A DNA stretch of 64,000 nt from Alphaproteobacteria bacterium (lineage in GTDB: Bacteria > Pseudomonadota > Alphaproteobacteria > MPNO01 > UBA830): NCBI GenBank assembly GCA_965243135.1, contig OZ251539.1:928001-992000 (forward strand). The letters run 5' to 3'. The notes under the pieces are model-generated. The model was given only the letters and a program-made list of their open reading frames with translations. It did no database searches and had not been told where the DNA came from. Positions within the stretch are counted from its first letter, which is position 1. Every line of letters begins with the position of its first letter. This document shows positions 8,756 through 18,997 of this stretch, piece by piece. A program made the translations under genes and the position numbers.

Positions 8756-11700
8756 TCAGAAGTAGTAGGCGAAGCTGACGGCGCCGTCGAACTCGCCGTT
8801 GCCGCTGCCGCGTGCGGCGTATCCGGCGGCGGCCCGCAGCGCGTAGCGGCCGTCCCCCCAGCTATGCTCGCCGCCGATCCCGAGGCGGACCCCGGTCTTC
8901 TGCGCCTCGGTCGTCTTCAGCGCGACGTTCGAGACCTTCGCCGTCCGCTCGTCCGAGAACTCGCGCGTCGCCTCGATCGAGCCGAACAGCCGCGGACCGT
9001 TCTCCGTCCGCGTTTCAACCCGAATGCCGGCTCGGCCCATAAGGCTTTGCGCGTCCTCCACCGACACCTTGGCCCCGCGGTTGCCTATCCTGTCCGTGAA
9101 GCTCAGCGATGCCTCCGACCAAGCCAAGCCGACGGCGGGCGTCACTGTCAGCCTGCTGCCCACGTCCGTCCGCCGCCCGGCCTCCACGCCGAGAGCCAGC
9201 CCAAGACCCTTCGCGCCGTCCTTCAGAAACTTCTCGGAGGTCAGCTTGACGTCGTACCAGGTCGCCATCGCCTGCGCGTCCACATGGATGCCGCCGCCGA
9301 GGAACGCCGTGCCGTGCGCGCCGGCACCGACACCCGACAGCTCGATCTCGCCGCCGGAACCCGCCATCTCCGCAGAACCCTGCAGCCCGCGCACCGACAC
9401 GCCGAACCGCCCGTCGCGGCCCACCACGAAGTCCACCCCCGCCTGCACGCCGTACCGGCGGTAGTCGAAGGCCATGTTCGGCTGCGTCGAACTCTTCGCC
9501 TTCCACTCGCCGCCCGCGCCGTCGATCCGCGCCCAGCCGCCGTTGCCGTTTCGCGCAGCCGCCATGCGCTCCCCGTAGGTCGGCAGTTCGTTCATTGCCA
9601 GCAGCACCGACGGCAGCGCCTCGTAGAGACTGCATCGTTTCAACAGGTCGTTCGACATGTCGCAAGCGAAGGGGAGGCGCGGGCGGTCGCCGCCATTCTC
9701 TTCGGACACGCATTCGTCGTTCTGAAGTTCCTGCCCGGCAGGACAGGGGACCAACTTTTCGTAATCAGGATGCCGTTCGGGTTCCACCACGCCGCTGGTT
9801 TCGTTGAGAGGCGCGGGCAGATAGTAGCCGGTGGGATCGCCGTCCGGGGTCGTCTCAGCGATCCGGACGACAACCACGTTTCGCGTTCCTTGCGCCCTGC
9901 CATCTTCCGTGATGTTGTCGCCGCCAACGGTGCCCAACCTCCTCGCCGCGTGACCGGCGCCCCGCTGCGTGAGGAGCCCTTCGCCATCGGCGAAGTCGGG
10001 ATCCTGAAACACGGTCACCTGGGTCGGCGCGCCGTCGCCCCGGATCGCGAGAGTCGCCCCGTTGGCTTCCACTTGGCCCTTCGGACCGACGGTGACGCTG
10101 CCGCCGCCGGTCAGATGCACCGCCGCATGCGGCCTGTCGTCGCCGGCTTGGGGCACGCTGCCCCTGACGAGCCCGTGGATGAGGATGATCGCCCGGCCGG
10201 GATCGTTGACCAGGATCGCCCGGCCCGAAGTGCCGGCGTGCACCTCGCCCGTCGCGCCGACCGTGACCATGCCGCCGCCCGCAATATGCACGGCCGCGTC
10301 CGTCCCGCCCGTCACGGTGCCGTTCACCTCCACGGTCTGCTTCAGGATGCGGGCGGCGCCCGTTCCCGTGCTGCCGGCGTTGGCGACCCAGATGCCCGCT
10401 TCGCCGCCGGTGACGGTCGCGCCGTCGGCGATGGTGACGGAAATGGCCCCATTCATGTCGTTGGGCGTCGCGTAGTAGGCGCGGATGCCGTCGCCCCGAG
10501 AGGTGATGGATCCCCCGTTCACGGCGACGCGGATGTTGCCGACGTTGTAGCGGTCGAGCAGAGCGTTCACCGCGTTCTTGTAGTCTTGTGAGAAGCCCGC
10601 GTCCGCGTCGTCGAGCGCGGCGGTCAGCCCATCGCTGTTGTCGGTCGCCACCGCCCGCAGCACCGCCTTCTCCTTGTCCGAGAGGCCCTGCGCCAGAATG
10701 TTCTGCAGCAGGGTTCTGATAGCGTCGTCGTCCGTCTGGAGATACGCCACGATCTCGGCGTCCGTCACGTCGGCTAGGCTCGTCGCGCTCGAGTCGATGG
10801 CCTCGAAGACCGCCGCCGCGACCGCGAGGTCCGCGTTTTCGAGCGCCGCCCGGAACTGCTTGACGTAGTCGTTGTCGCTGGCGGTGGCGCCCGTCGGCAC
10901 GGCCGCCAGCTGCGCTGCGTTGTCCGCGATCTCGCCCGGGTCATCGCCCTTCGCCACTTCCTTCGCCACATGGCTCCAGCCCATGACCTGGGCTTCGATT
11001 CCAACCGCCGGTCCCTCACGGACGATCATCTCGGGCGCCACGTATTCCAGGTTCGTTTCAAGCGCGGCGGCCACGCTTCCCGCCCTGAGCTTGGCCGTGT
11101 CGCTCTCGGCGGTTTCCGTTCCGTGCGAGAACGCGCCGCCTGTCCATGCGATGTCGATCAGGGGCTGAGCCGCGCGCGTCTCGCCCTCCGCGCTGATGCG
11201 TCCGACCTGGGCGTAGATGCCCTTGCGTGCCGCAATCGTCCCGCTCTGCTTGATCGCGATCTGGCGGTTGGCCTCCTTGACGGGAACCCAGATGCCGAAC
11301 AGCGCCGCCATGAGGTCGCCGCTGTTGGTGACATCGATGTCGCCGGCGACGACATTCTCGGGGTGCTGGCCTTGGACCAGGATGCCGTGGTCGTGTCTGG
11401 CGTCCGCCGCGCCGATATCGCCGCTGTTGGTCACCGTGACGTCGCCGGAGCCTTTCTCCTCGACGAAGATGCCCATCCAGTTCTCGACCCCCGTCTTCTT
11501 GATGGCGCCGCTGTTGGTGACCGAAATCGCGCCGGAACTCGCGCGGCGACGGACGAAGATGCCGGTCTTCGGGGTGGTGATCGTCCCCGCCTGGTCGATG
11601 GTGACGGCGCCGTCCGCGTTCTCCGAGCCGAGCTCGGCGAAGACGCCGTGCTGTTCCGTGGAGGTCAGCGTGACGCCTGCGGCGACGTCGATCTCGATGT

Positions 11701-13663
11701 TGCCGCTCCCGAGGTTCTTCGCCTCCAAGATCGTGCCGTCCACGTCGAAGGACCCGCCTGTGACGTCAATCTTGGCCAGGCCCCTGTTCACGGCGGCCCA
11801 GATGCCTCTGCCGGCGGTGACGACGTCGCCGCTGTTCGTCACCGTGACGCCGCCGGAGGCGCCTTCCTGTTTCTCGACATAGATGCCGTGTTGATGCTTG
11901 GGGTCCGCCTCGCCGATGTCGCCGCTGTTCGTGACTGTGACGTCCCCGGCGTTTTTGTCTTCGACGAGGATAGCGCGCCAGTTCGTTTCTCCCGTCTTCT
12001 TGATGTGGCCGCTGTTGGTGATCGAGATGGGGGCCCCGTCGCCGGTAGCGGTCGCCTGGCGGCGGACGTAGATGCCGGTCTTCGGGCCGGTGATCGTTCC
12101 CGCGTTGGTGATGGTGACGCCGCCCGCCACGTTCCCCTCCGGCATGTCGGCGAAGATGACGTGCTGGTTCATGGAAGTCAGCGTAACGCCATCGGAAACT
12201 TCGATGACGATGTCGCCGGACTGCAAGTTCGCCGCCTCCAGGGTCGTGTCGCGCGATTCGACCGTCCCGCCCGTGACCTTGATCACGGCGTCGCCCGCGT
12301 TGTTGGCGGCCGTGTCGTCGTCGTCGCCTACCGTGGCCTTGATGCCGCCGCCGGCGGAGACGTCGATGGTGCCGCCCGAATGGGTGACGGAGGCACCGGC
12401 GTCCGAGTCGACGGCGTTCTTGTTCCGCGTCAAGACATCGATGCCGATGGCGGTCGACGTGATGGCGCCGCTGTTCTCGACCGTGACGGCGCCGACGGAA
12501 CCAGTATGCCGCAGATAGATGCCGGACGAGTTGGCGTTCTGGACGGTGAGGCCGCCGCTGTTGGTGACCGTGGCAGCACCGGCGCCTGCGTTCTCAAGAA
12601 AGATCGCGTGCTGTTTCGACTCGATGGCGGCGGTGTTGGTGATCTTGGCGGTGCCCGAGGCGGCGCCGCTGCCCTCGGCGTTGCTGGGTGCCGGACCGCG
12701 ATTTCGATATCGGAGGAGGATGCCGTACCCGTTGGTCACGCCCGAGGCGGTGGCGATGATGGCGCCGCGGTTGTCCACCTCGGCGTTGCCATGACCGCGA
12801 TCGTAGTCCAGCTCGATGGCACCTTGATTCCCCGTTCCGGTGTGCTTCGTGATGGTGCCGCTGTTGGTGATCTTGGCGTTGCCGGTGGTGGTCGATGCGG
12901 TGTTGCCGCCGCCGCCGGTCGTGTCGCCGGCCAGGTAACGCAAATAGATGCCCCGTGTTCCCGCCGTGATGGCGCCAGTGTTGGTGATGGTCGTGGCGGC
13001 ATTGGTGTCGGCGCTGTCTCCCCTCAGGACGTCGATGCCTTCAAACGCCGAATGGATCTCGGCATGGTTGATGAACGTGGCCGCGCCGGAGCCGAGCCAC
13101 ACCCGGGCGCGGATGCCGTTGCGCATCATCCTGGCGCTCGATGTCCCGATGGTGACGCCGCGATGGACGGTCACCGCCGTCGTGGACGCGCCCGTGAACT
13201 GGTTGTTGACGACGATGCCGTTGTTGTTGTCGTTGCCGGAGTTCGCGTTGCCCGTGCGCTGGCGGATGTTCACGTTGTTGGCGTTGCCCGTGCCGCCGAC
13301 CGTGAGCGCGAGGCCGCCCCCCGCGATGTCGCCGTCCCGGCTGTCCAGAGCGATGCCGTTCCCCGGGAATCCGGCACCGTTCCCGGAGGTGACCGTCCAC
13401 GCAGTCGAGCCCCCCGGCACGTTGAGCGTGGCGACGCCGGTCGCGCCGGGATTCACGCCAGTGCCGTGGTAGATGATGCCGCTGCCAAAGGTGCCGGTGC
13501 CGCCGCCATGGGCCGCGGTGCAAGTGCGGACCAGATTCGTGGAGGTAATCGTTCCCCCGCACTCGTCGGCCGCCCGCGCCGCCTCCGGCGCGAGGAGGAG
13601 AAGAAGAAAAGGTATCGCCATGCAGGCAATCGAGCTGCGCAAAAAGCGATGTCTCAAGTCCAT
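8756..13663 (-). CDS. Large autotransporter (type Va) adhesin-like protein, about 1635 aa
   Basis: Signal peptide (FLLLLLAPEAARA), repeated xTxTNSGxI beta-helix rungs, and a C-terminal barrel ending VSFAYYF. ATG 13663 follows GGGAG; the ORF track extends to GTG 13702. Confidence 0.9.
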   Translation of the reverse strand: MDLRHRFLRSSIACMAIPFLLLLLAPEAARAADECGGTITSTNLVRTCTAAHGGGTGTFGSGIIYHGTGVNPGATGVATLNVPGGSTAWTVTSGNGAGFPGNGIALDSRDGDIAGGGLALTVGGTGNANNVNIRQRTGNANSGNDNNNGIVVNNQFTGASTTAVTVHRGVTIGTSSARMMRNGIRARVWLGSGAATFINHAEIHSAFEGIDVLRGDSADTNAATTITNTGAITAGTRGIYLRYLAGDTTGGGGNTASTTTGNAKITNSGTITKHTGTGNQGAIELDYDRGHGNAEVDNRGAIIATASGVTNGYGILLRYRNRGPAPSNAEGSGAASGTAKITNTAAIESKQHAIFLENAGAGAATVTNSGGLTVQNANSSGIYLRHTGSVGAVTVENSGAITSTAIGIDVLTRNKNAVDSDAGASVTHSGGTIDVSAGGGIKATVGDDDDTAANNAGDAVIKVTGGTVESRDTTLEAANLQSGDIVIEVSDGVTLTSMNQHVIFADMPEGNVAGGVTITNAGTITGPKTGIYVRRQATATGDGAPISITNSGHIKKTGETNWRAILVEDKNAGDVTVTNSGDIGEADPKHQHGIYVEKQEGASGGVTVTNSGDVVTAGRGIWAAVNRGLAKIDVTGGSFDVDGTILEAKNLGSGNIEIDVAAGVTLTSTEQHGVFAELGSENADGAVTIDQAGTITTPKTGIFVRRRASSGAISVTNSGAIKKTGVENWMGIFVEEKGSGDVTVTNSGDIGAADARHDHGILVQGQHPENVVAGDIDVTNSGDLMAALFGIWVPVKEANRQIAIKQSGTIAARKGIYAQVGRISAEGETRAAQPLIDIAWTGGAFSHGTETAESDTAKLRAGSVAAALETNLEYVAPEMIVREGPAVGIEAQVMGWSHVAKEVAKGDDPGEIADNAAQLAAVPTGATASDNDYVKQFRAALENADLAVAAAVFEAIDSSATSLADVTDAEIVAYLQTDDDAIRTLLQNILAQGLSDKEKAVLRAVATDNSDGLTAALDDADAGFSQDYKNAVNALLDRYNVGNIRVAVNGGSITSRGDGIRAYYATPNDMNGAISVTIADGATVTGGEAGIWVANAGSTGTGAARILKQTVEVNGTVTGGTDAAVHIAGGGMVTVGATGEVHAGTSGRAILVNDPGRAIILIHGLVRGSVPQAGDDRPHAAVHLTGGGSVTVGPKGQVEANGATLAIRGDGAPTQVTVFQDPDFADGEGLLTQRGAGHAARRLGTVGGDNITEDGRAQGTRNVVVVRIAETTPDGDPTGYYLPAPLNETSGVVEPERHPDYEKLVPCPAGQELQNDECVSEENGGDRPRLPFACDMSNDLLKRCSLYEALPSVLLAMNELPTYGERMAAARNGNGGWARIDGAGGEWKAKSSTQPNMAFDYRRYGVQAGVDFVVGRDGRFGVSVRGLQGSAEMAGSGGEIELSGVGAGAHGTAFLGGGIHVDAQAMATWYDVKLTSEKFLKDGAKGLGLALGVEAGRRTDVGSRLTVTPAVGLAWSEASLSFTDRIGNRGAKVSVEDAQSLMGRAGIRVETRTENGPRLFGSIEATREFSDERTAKVSNVALKTTEAQKTGVRLGIGGEHSWGDGRYALRAAAGYAARGSGNGEFDGAVSFAYYF
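11285..12290 (-). repeat. Tandem duplication of about 165 aa in the autotransporter passenger
   Basis: VTGG...GVTLTS..QH..FA...AGTIT.PKTGI.VRR...IKKTG..NW..I.VE.K..GDVTVTNSGDIG.AD..H.HGI occurs twice. Confidence 0.85.
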
Positions 13664-13683
13664 CGAAAAACTCCCTGACTTCG

Positions 13684-13696
13684 CCCCCCCCCCCCC
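13684..13696 (-). repeat. G13 homopolymer upstream of the autotransporter start (candidate phase-variation tract)
   Basis: 13 consecutive C on the plus strand, 20 nt upstream of ATG 13663. Confidence 0.8.
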
Positions 13697-14039
13697 GTAC
13701 ACGGAGGAAGTAAGGCAATAGGCAATTCAGAAGGCAAAATAATACAACATGTCATGCCCGCGCAAGTAATAATTTTTTCGCGTTTTCGGCGCGCGTCTGC
13801 GGGAACCGATTCGACTTCGGCGCGAACGCCCGATCCTCGGCGACCGGCCGGAACGCCGGCCAAAGCGCTTTGCGCCGACATGCCGCGAAAGCGCCCTTGG
13901 CTGGGTCGGCCGCTCCCCTGTTGTTGCAGGCATAGCGGAGCGGTCCGCGGGGCGCTGATCAGGCTGCTGCCGACAAAAAATAGCGCAGCGCAAACGGCCC
14001 CTTCTAGACGGCTTCGGTGCGGCGGCTTACTCTGCCCGA

Positions 14040-15239
14040 ATGGCGAAACGCATGCTTCCGACCGGCCTGTCCTCCCTTCGGGAGATCCGGAAGATGGACT
14101 GCTACTACGTCGACAAGACGGACCATGTGCGCCGCCTCGTCGAGAGGGGCAAGTACAGTTTCCTGTCGCGTCCGCGCCGGTTCGGCAAGACCCTGCTGGT
14201 GGACACGCTGCAGGAGTTGTTCGAGGGAAGCGAGGAGTTGTTCCGGGGCCTCGCCGTGCACGACGGGTGGGACTGGTCGGCGCGCCGTCGTGCGGCTGGA
14301 TTTCAGCGGCATGGGCCGTTTCGACAGCCCGGACGGGGTTCGGGAAACCGTGGAAGCGCAGCTGGAAGAAGCGGAGATGCAGGCCGGCCTCGAACCGGGC
14401 CCCGCCGGGGCGGCGTCCGTTTCCGGCGCCTGAGCTGCACGAGCGCACAGGGCAGCAGGCAGTCGTTCTGGTGGACGAACAAGCCGGTCGCGCTCGGCGA
14501 CCGGGAACTGGCGCGGGCCGGAGAGGGTCTACAACCCGTTCGACATCCTCCTTCTCTTCGAAACGCGAGAATTCGAGGAGCACTGGTTCCAGACCGGCAC
14601 GCCGACCTTCCTCGCCGACCTTCTGGCGCGGCGCCGGATCTGGAGGGCGCGAACGCCACGCTGCTGTCGGCCGTCGACCGCATTCCCGTCGAGACGCTGC
14701 TGTTCCAGACCGGTTACCTGACCATCGTCGACGAGAAGCGTGACGACGACGCGCTCCTCTACCGGCTACCCGAACCAGGAGGTGAGGCGGAGCCTGAACG
14801 AGCTCCTGTTGCAGACGATGGCGCCGGATGTCGCGGTCGCGGCGGAGAGCCAGGAGTTGCGCCGCCTGGACGAACGACTTCGCGGGCCTCGAACGGCAGT
14901 TCCGGGCGTTGCTGGCGAGCATCCCCAACGAGTGGCGCGCGAACACGGGCCTGGCGGGGGCACTACGCGAGCGTGCTCTACTCGCACCTCGCGGCGGCGG
15001 GGATGGACGTCCGCGCCGAGGAGAGCACGGCGCGCGGCCGCCCGGACCTGACGGTCCTGCACGATGGCGGCGTCTACCTGTTCGAGTTCAAGATCGCGGA
15101 CGGGAAGGGGCGGTCGCTGGCGCAGATCCGGGAACGCGGCTACGCGGACAAGTACCGGCGTCCGGGCGTGCAAGTCCACCTGATCGAGTTCGGCCGGGAA
15201 GAGCGCAACATCGTCGGGTTCGAGTTCGAGACCGTTTGA
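14040..15239 (+). pseudogene. AAA-ATPase/PD-(D/E)XK nuclease copy 3, decayed by many deletions
   Basis: Intact 5' end and promoter (TAGACG-17-TACTCT-6-ATG), then frameshifting microdeletions and a deletion of about 269 bp at 14519. Ends VGFEFETV*. Confidence 0.9.
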
Positions 15240-15911
15240 ACCGCTGTCCGGCACCGGGAGGACGTCCCCGTGCAGGTTCGAGAGCCTCGGAGGTCTCGAT
15301 TTCGGAACTCCCGACGTGGCGCCTGGTTTCGTTGAATTTTTGCGCAGTGCTCACATCTTGCTTTCCTGCGCGACAATGTAGCGCATCGTCTCGGAGCCTC
15401 TTGCGTTGTTCCGACCGTCTCGCTTGCGAATCGCAACGCAGGCTGTCGGCAGCGCGAGGGCATTATCAGGAGGTGACCAGTCGACAAAACGGCATGGCGC
15501 AAACGCCTGAATTTTCGATCGCAAAGCGCTGGTTCAATTCCTGTTTCGGAAATCATGCTGTCAAGTCGGGCGGCATGAAACATGGTTGCAAAGAAATTTT
15601 CGGACCTTCAATGACGGTAACGAATGGACGCATAAAACAACGTCAATGCATGATATAAAGCGATCGCAAATCCAATTTTGAAGCGTGCGGCATGAACGGA
15701 ATCGTCAATGGTTTTGGCGGCCGCCGATTTGGCTCCGCATGAGCGCGGAGCGGGCGGTTGGAGATGGCGCTCCGTCCCTCCTTTCGAGCGGCCGCGCATG
15801 TCGAGCATGCCTGAAATCCTGGTCGAAATTTTCGATTCCGGCGATCGCGGCTTGACGGGACGGCGCGTTTGATGACAAGCTGAACGAACTTGACGGCTCG
15901 GGAGGCGCGAG

Positions 15912-17396
15912 ATGGCCAAGACAGGCGCGGATCATCTGAAATCCTTGCAAGACGGCAGGGAAGTTTATCTCAACGGCCGGATGGTGGCGGACGTCACGAC
16001 GCATCCGGCGTACCGGAACGCCGTGAGGGCCGCCAGCGAGCTGTACGATTTTCAGGCCCATCCCGACCATATCGACTATATGACGTTCGAGAGCCCGACT
16101 TCGGGCGAGCGCGTGAACCGGTGCTGGCAACTGACCAGGAGCTACGAAGAACTGGTCACGCGGCGCAGGGCGATCGCCGCCTGGTCCGGACTGTCGGGCG
16201 GGTGGCTCGGCCGCTCCCCCGACCACATCGCGTCCTCCATGGTCGGCCAGGTCATGGGCATCTCCGTGTTCGAGAAGCATTCGCCGGCGCGCGCCACGGC
16301 GCTTCGAGAGTACTTCGAATGGGCCCGGGACGCGGACGCCTACATGACGTACGTGATCATCAACCCGCAGGCCGAGCGCAACAAGTCCACCGGCGAGCAG
16401 CAGGACGAATATCTCGCGACGGGCGTGGTCGACGAGGACTCCGAGGGCATAACGGTGCGCGGCGCCAAGATGCTTGGCACCGGCTCGATCATGGCGAACG
16501 AAGTCCTGTTCGCCAATATCCAGCCGCTCAAGCCGGGCGAGGAGAAATACGCGATTTCCTTCGCTCTCCCCATGAACGCCAAGGGGTTGAAGATCATGTC
16601 CCGGAGGTCGTACGAGGAGGCCGCCTCCACCCCCTGGGACTACCCCCTGTCGTCGCGCTTCGACGAGAACGACGCGCTGATCTATTGCGACGACGTCAAG
16701 GTGCCGTGGGAGCGCGTGTTCATATACCGGGACGCGGATGCCGCCCGCGCGCAGTTCCAGGACACCTACGCTCACTACATGCAGAATTATCAGGCGCAGA
16801 TCCGCCTGATGGTGAAGATGCAGTTCCTGGTCGGCGTGGCGCGCCGCATCTGCGAGACGATCGGGACGGTCGGCATGCCGCCGGTCGCCGAGAAGCTCGG
16901 CCATATGGCGGCCCAGACGGCGATGGTGGAGGGCCTGGTCTACGGAATGGAATCCGGCGGCGGCGAATACAACGGCTACTACGTGCCGGATCGCAACCTG
17001 ATGTATACCGCCCAGGTGCTCACGCAACAGCTCTACCCGGAATTCATCACCGCCATGCGCGAACTCGCCGGCGGCGGGCTGATCATGCTTCCCTCCTCGG
17101 CGGAGGATTTCCGCGATCCGGAACTGGCGCGGCTTATCGACGCGACGCAGAAATCTCCCGTCGGTTCTCCCGAAGGGAAAGTGAAGTTCATGAAACTGGC
17201 GTGGGACGCGATCGGTTCCGAATTCGCCGGCCGTCACACCCAGTACGAAATGTTCTACGCCGGCGCTCAGTTCGTGACCCGGGCGCACGCGTTTCGGACC
17301 TACGACTGGGACAGGGCGGCGTCGCTGGTCGATTCCGTTCTCGAGCGCTACAGCCTCGACGACGTCATCGGCGACCGCAGGATCGCGGCCGAATAG
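15912..17396 (+). CDS. 4-hydroxyphenylacetate 3-monooxygenase family oxygenase component (HpaB/PvcC-like)
   Basis: KTG...SLQDGREVYL, GRSPDH, GITVRGAK, DYPLSSRFDEND, AWDAIGSEFAGRHTQYE.FYAG. Confidence 0.92.
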   Translation: MAKTGADHLKSLQDGREVYLNGRMVADVTTHPAYRNAVRAASELYDFQAHPDHIDYMTFESPTSGERVNRCWQLTRSYEELVTRRRAIAAWSGLSGGWLGRSPDHIASSMVGQVMGISVFEKHSPARATALREYFEWARDADAYMTYVIINPQAERNKSTGEQQDEYLATGVVDEDSEGITVRGAKMLGTGSIMANEVLFANIQPLKPGEEKYAISFALPMNAKGLKIMSRRSYEEAASTPWDYPLSSRFDENDALIYCDDVKVPWERVFIYRDADAARAQFQDTYAHYMQNYQAQIRLMVKMQFLVGVARRICETIGTVGMPPVAEKLGHMAAQTAMVEGLVYGMESGGGEYNGYYVPDRNLMYTAQVLTQQLYPEFITAMRELAGGGLIMLPSSAEDFRDPELARLIDATQKSPVGSPEGKVKFMKLAWDAIGSEFAGRHTQYEMFYAGAQFVTRAHAFRTYDWDRAASLVDSVLERYSLDDVIGDRRIAAE

Positions 17397-17406
17397 CGCC
17401 GGCCGC

Positions 17407-18924
17407 TCAGCTTTCGTAGAGCCGTCTGAGATCGTCGCGCAGCACCTTGCCGCGATCCGACTTCGGCAGTTCGTCGATGAAGAGAAACCGCTTCGGAACC
17501 TTGAATTCCGGCAGGGTTCGGCCGCACCACGCCTGCAATTCCCGTTCGGGCAGGGCTTCGCCGGGCGCGACGGACACGTAGGCCACGATTTCCTCGCCGT
17601 AGATCGGGTCCGGCACGCCGACCGCGGCGGCCTCGCGCACTTTCGGGTGCCCCAGCAGCACGTTGTCGATTTCGAGCGGAGCTACGTTGACGCCGCCGCG
17701 AATGATGAGATCCTTGGTTCTACCCGTGACCGTGACGAAGCCGTCGTCGTCCATGACGCCGAGGTCGCCGGTCCGGATGCGGGCGTCGGACAGATCCTCG
17801 TAGTCGCCCTCCGGCGAGAGCCTGCCGAGGCAGGTCTGGGGGCCGCCCACCGTTATTTCGCCTTCCGTTCCGGCCGGGCAGGGCGCGCCGCCGCCGTCGA
17901 CGATCAGGAACTCCTGGTGCCTGGCTGGCGGTCCGACCGTTCCCATGCGCCGGCGGTAATGCCGATTGCCGCAGATCCAGCCCGCTTCGGACATGCCGTA
18001 GAGTTGCAGCAGCTTGACCCCGTAAATGCTCTCGAATTTGCGCCATTGGTCGGGGGAGAGCGGCGCCGTCGAACAGGTCATGAGCCGCAGCGTCGGCAGA
18101 TCGCGCTCCTCCTCGGGCGGCGGGTCGTTCAGCAGCATGTTGACGACCGTGGGAACGCCCGCGGAAAACGTTATGCCCCGGTCCCGGATCCATCCGAAGA
18201 AGCGGGACCGCGAGAAACGTCTGGCGATATGCATCGTGAGCCCGACCTGGAGCCACGGCATCAGGCTGAGAATCTGGGCGGAATTCCATCCGAACGACCG
18301 GTATTCAAGCGTCCTGTCGTCCTCGGCGAGGCCCAGCATGTCGAGCGTGGAGAGGCCGCTCAGCCAGTAGGACAAATGGTTGTACATGACGCTCTTGGGC
18401 TTCGAGGTCGTCCCCGAGGTGCAGAAGATGCAGGCCAGATCTTCGGGGCCGTTCTCGCCGGCGATTTCGCCGCCGCGCGAGGCGGGAAAGAACTTGTCGT
18501 CAAGCCGCGAGAACCGCGTCGCGGGCGCGTCCAGGCCGCGGGTCAGCCTTTCTCCGTCCAGTTCTTCGTGCCACAGCACGAGCGACGGCGCGATGGACCG
18601 AAGGATTTCCGCCAGATGCGTTTCGTTCATTTCCACGTTGAGCGGGCAGACGGCGGCGCCGTAGCGCCAGATTCCGATCCAGAGGATCAGCTTCTCGATC
18701 GTCTCGTCCGAGAGGAGAGCGACCTTGTCGCCGGGCTTCACGCCGCGGTCCGCGAGGAAGCGGGCGATCCTGTCCGCCTCGGCGGCGAGATCCCCCCACG
18801 AAATCGACCGGCCTTCCTGGTCCAGATCGACGATCGCCGGCTTGTCGGCGTCGCGGCGCCGCCACTCGTCGAGCAGCGCGCGGACGGACCTGAACGGCAA
18901 GCTCATTTCGGGCTGACTGGGCAT
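17407..18924 (-). CDS. AMP-binding acyl-CoA synthetase
   Basis: TSGTTSKPK, YGMSE, RTGDLG, GRTKDLIIRGG, PKSDRGK. Confidence 0.9.
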   Translation of the reverse strand: MPSQPEMSLPFRSVRALLDEWRRRDADKPAIVDLDQEGRSISWGDLAAEADRIARFLADRGVKPGDKVALLSDETIEKLILWIGIWRYGAAVCPLNVEMNETHLAEILRSIAPSLVLWHEELDGERLTRGLDAPATRFSRLDDKFFPASRGGEIAGENGPEDLACIFCTSGTTSKPKSVMYNHLSYWLSGLSTLDMLGLAEDDRTLEYRSFGWNSAQILSLMPWLQVGLTMHIARRFSRSRFFGWIRDRGITFSAGVPTVVNMLLNDPPPEEERDLPTLRLMTCSTAPLSPDQWRKFESIYGVKLLQLYGMSEAGWICGNRHYRRRMGTVGPPARHQEFLIVDGGGAPCPAGTEGEITVGGPQTCLGRLSPEGDYEDLSDARIRTGDLGVMDDDGFVTVTGRTKDLIIRGGVNVAPLEIDNVLLGHPKVREAAAVGVPDPIYGEEIVAYVSVAPGEALPERELQAWCGRTLPEFKVPKRFLFIDELPKSDRGKVLRDDLRRLYES

Positions 18925-18997
18925 GTCCGGCTTTTCCTTTTCGGCGATTGCCGCCGCGCCGTCCGACCGGGCGGTCCGGCCGCTTCGGGGGCGCGCT

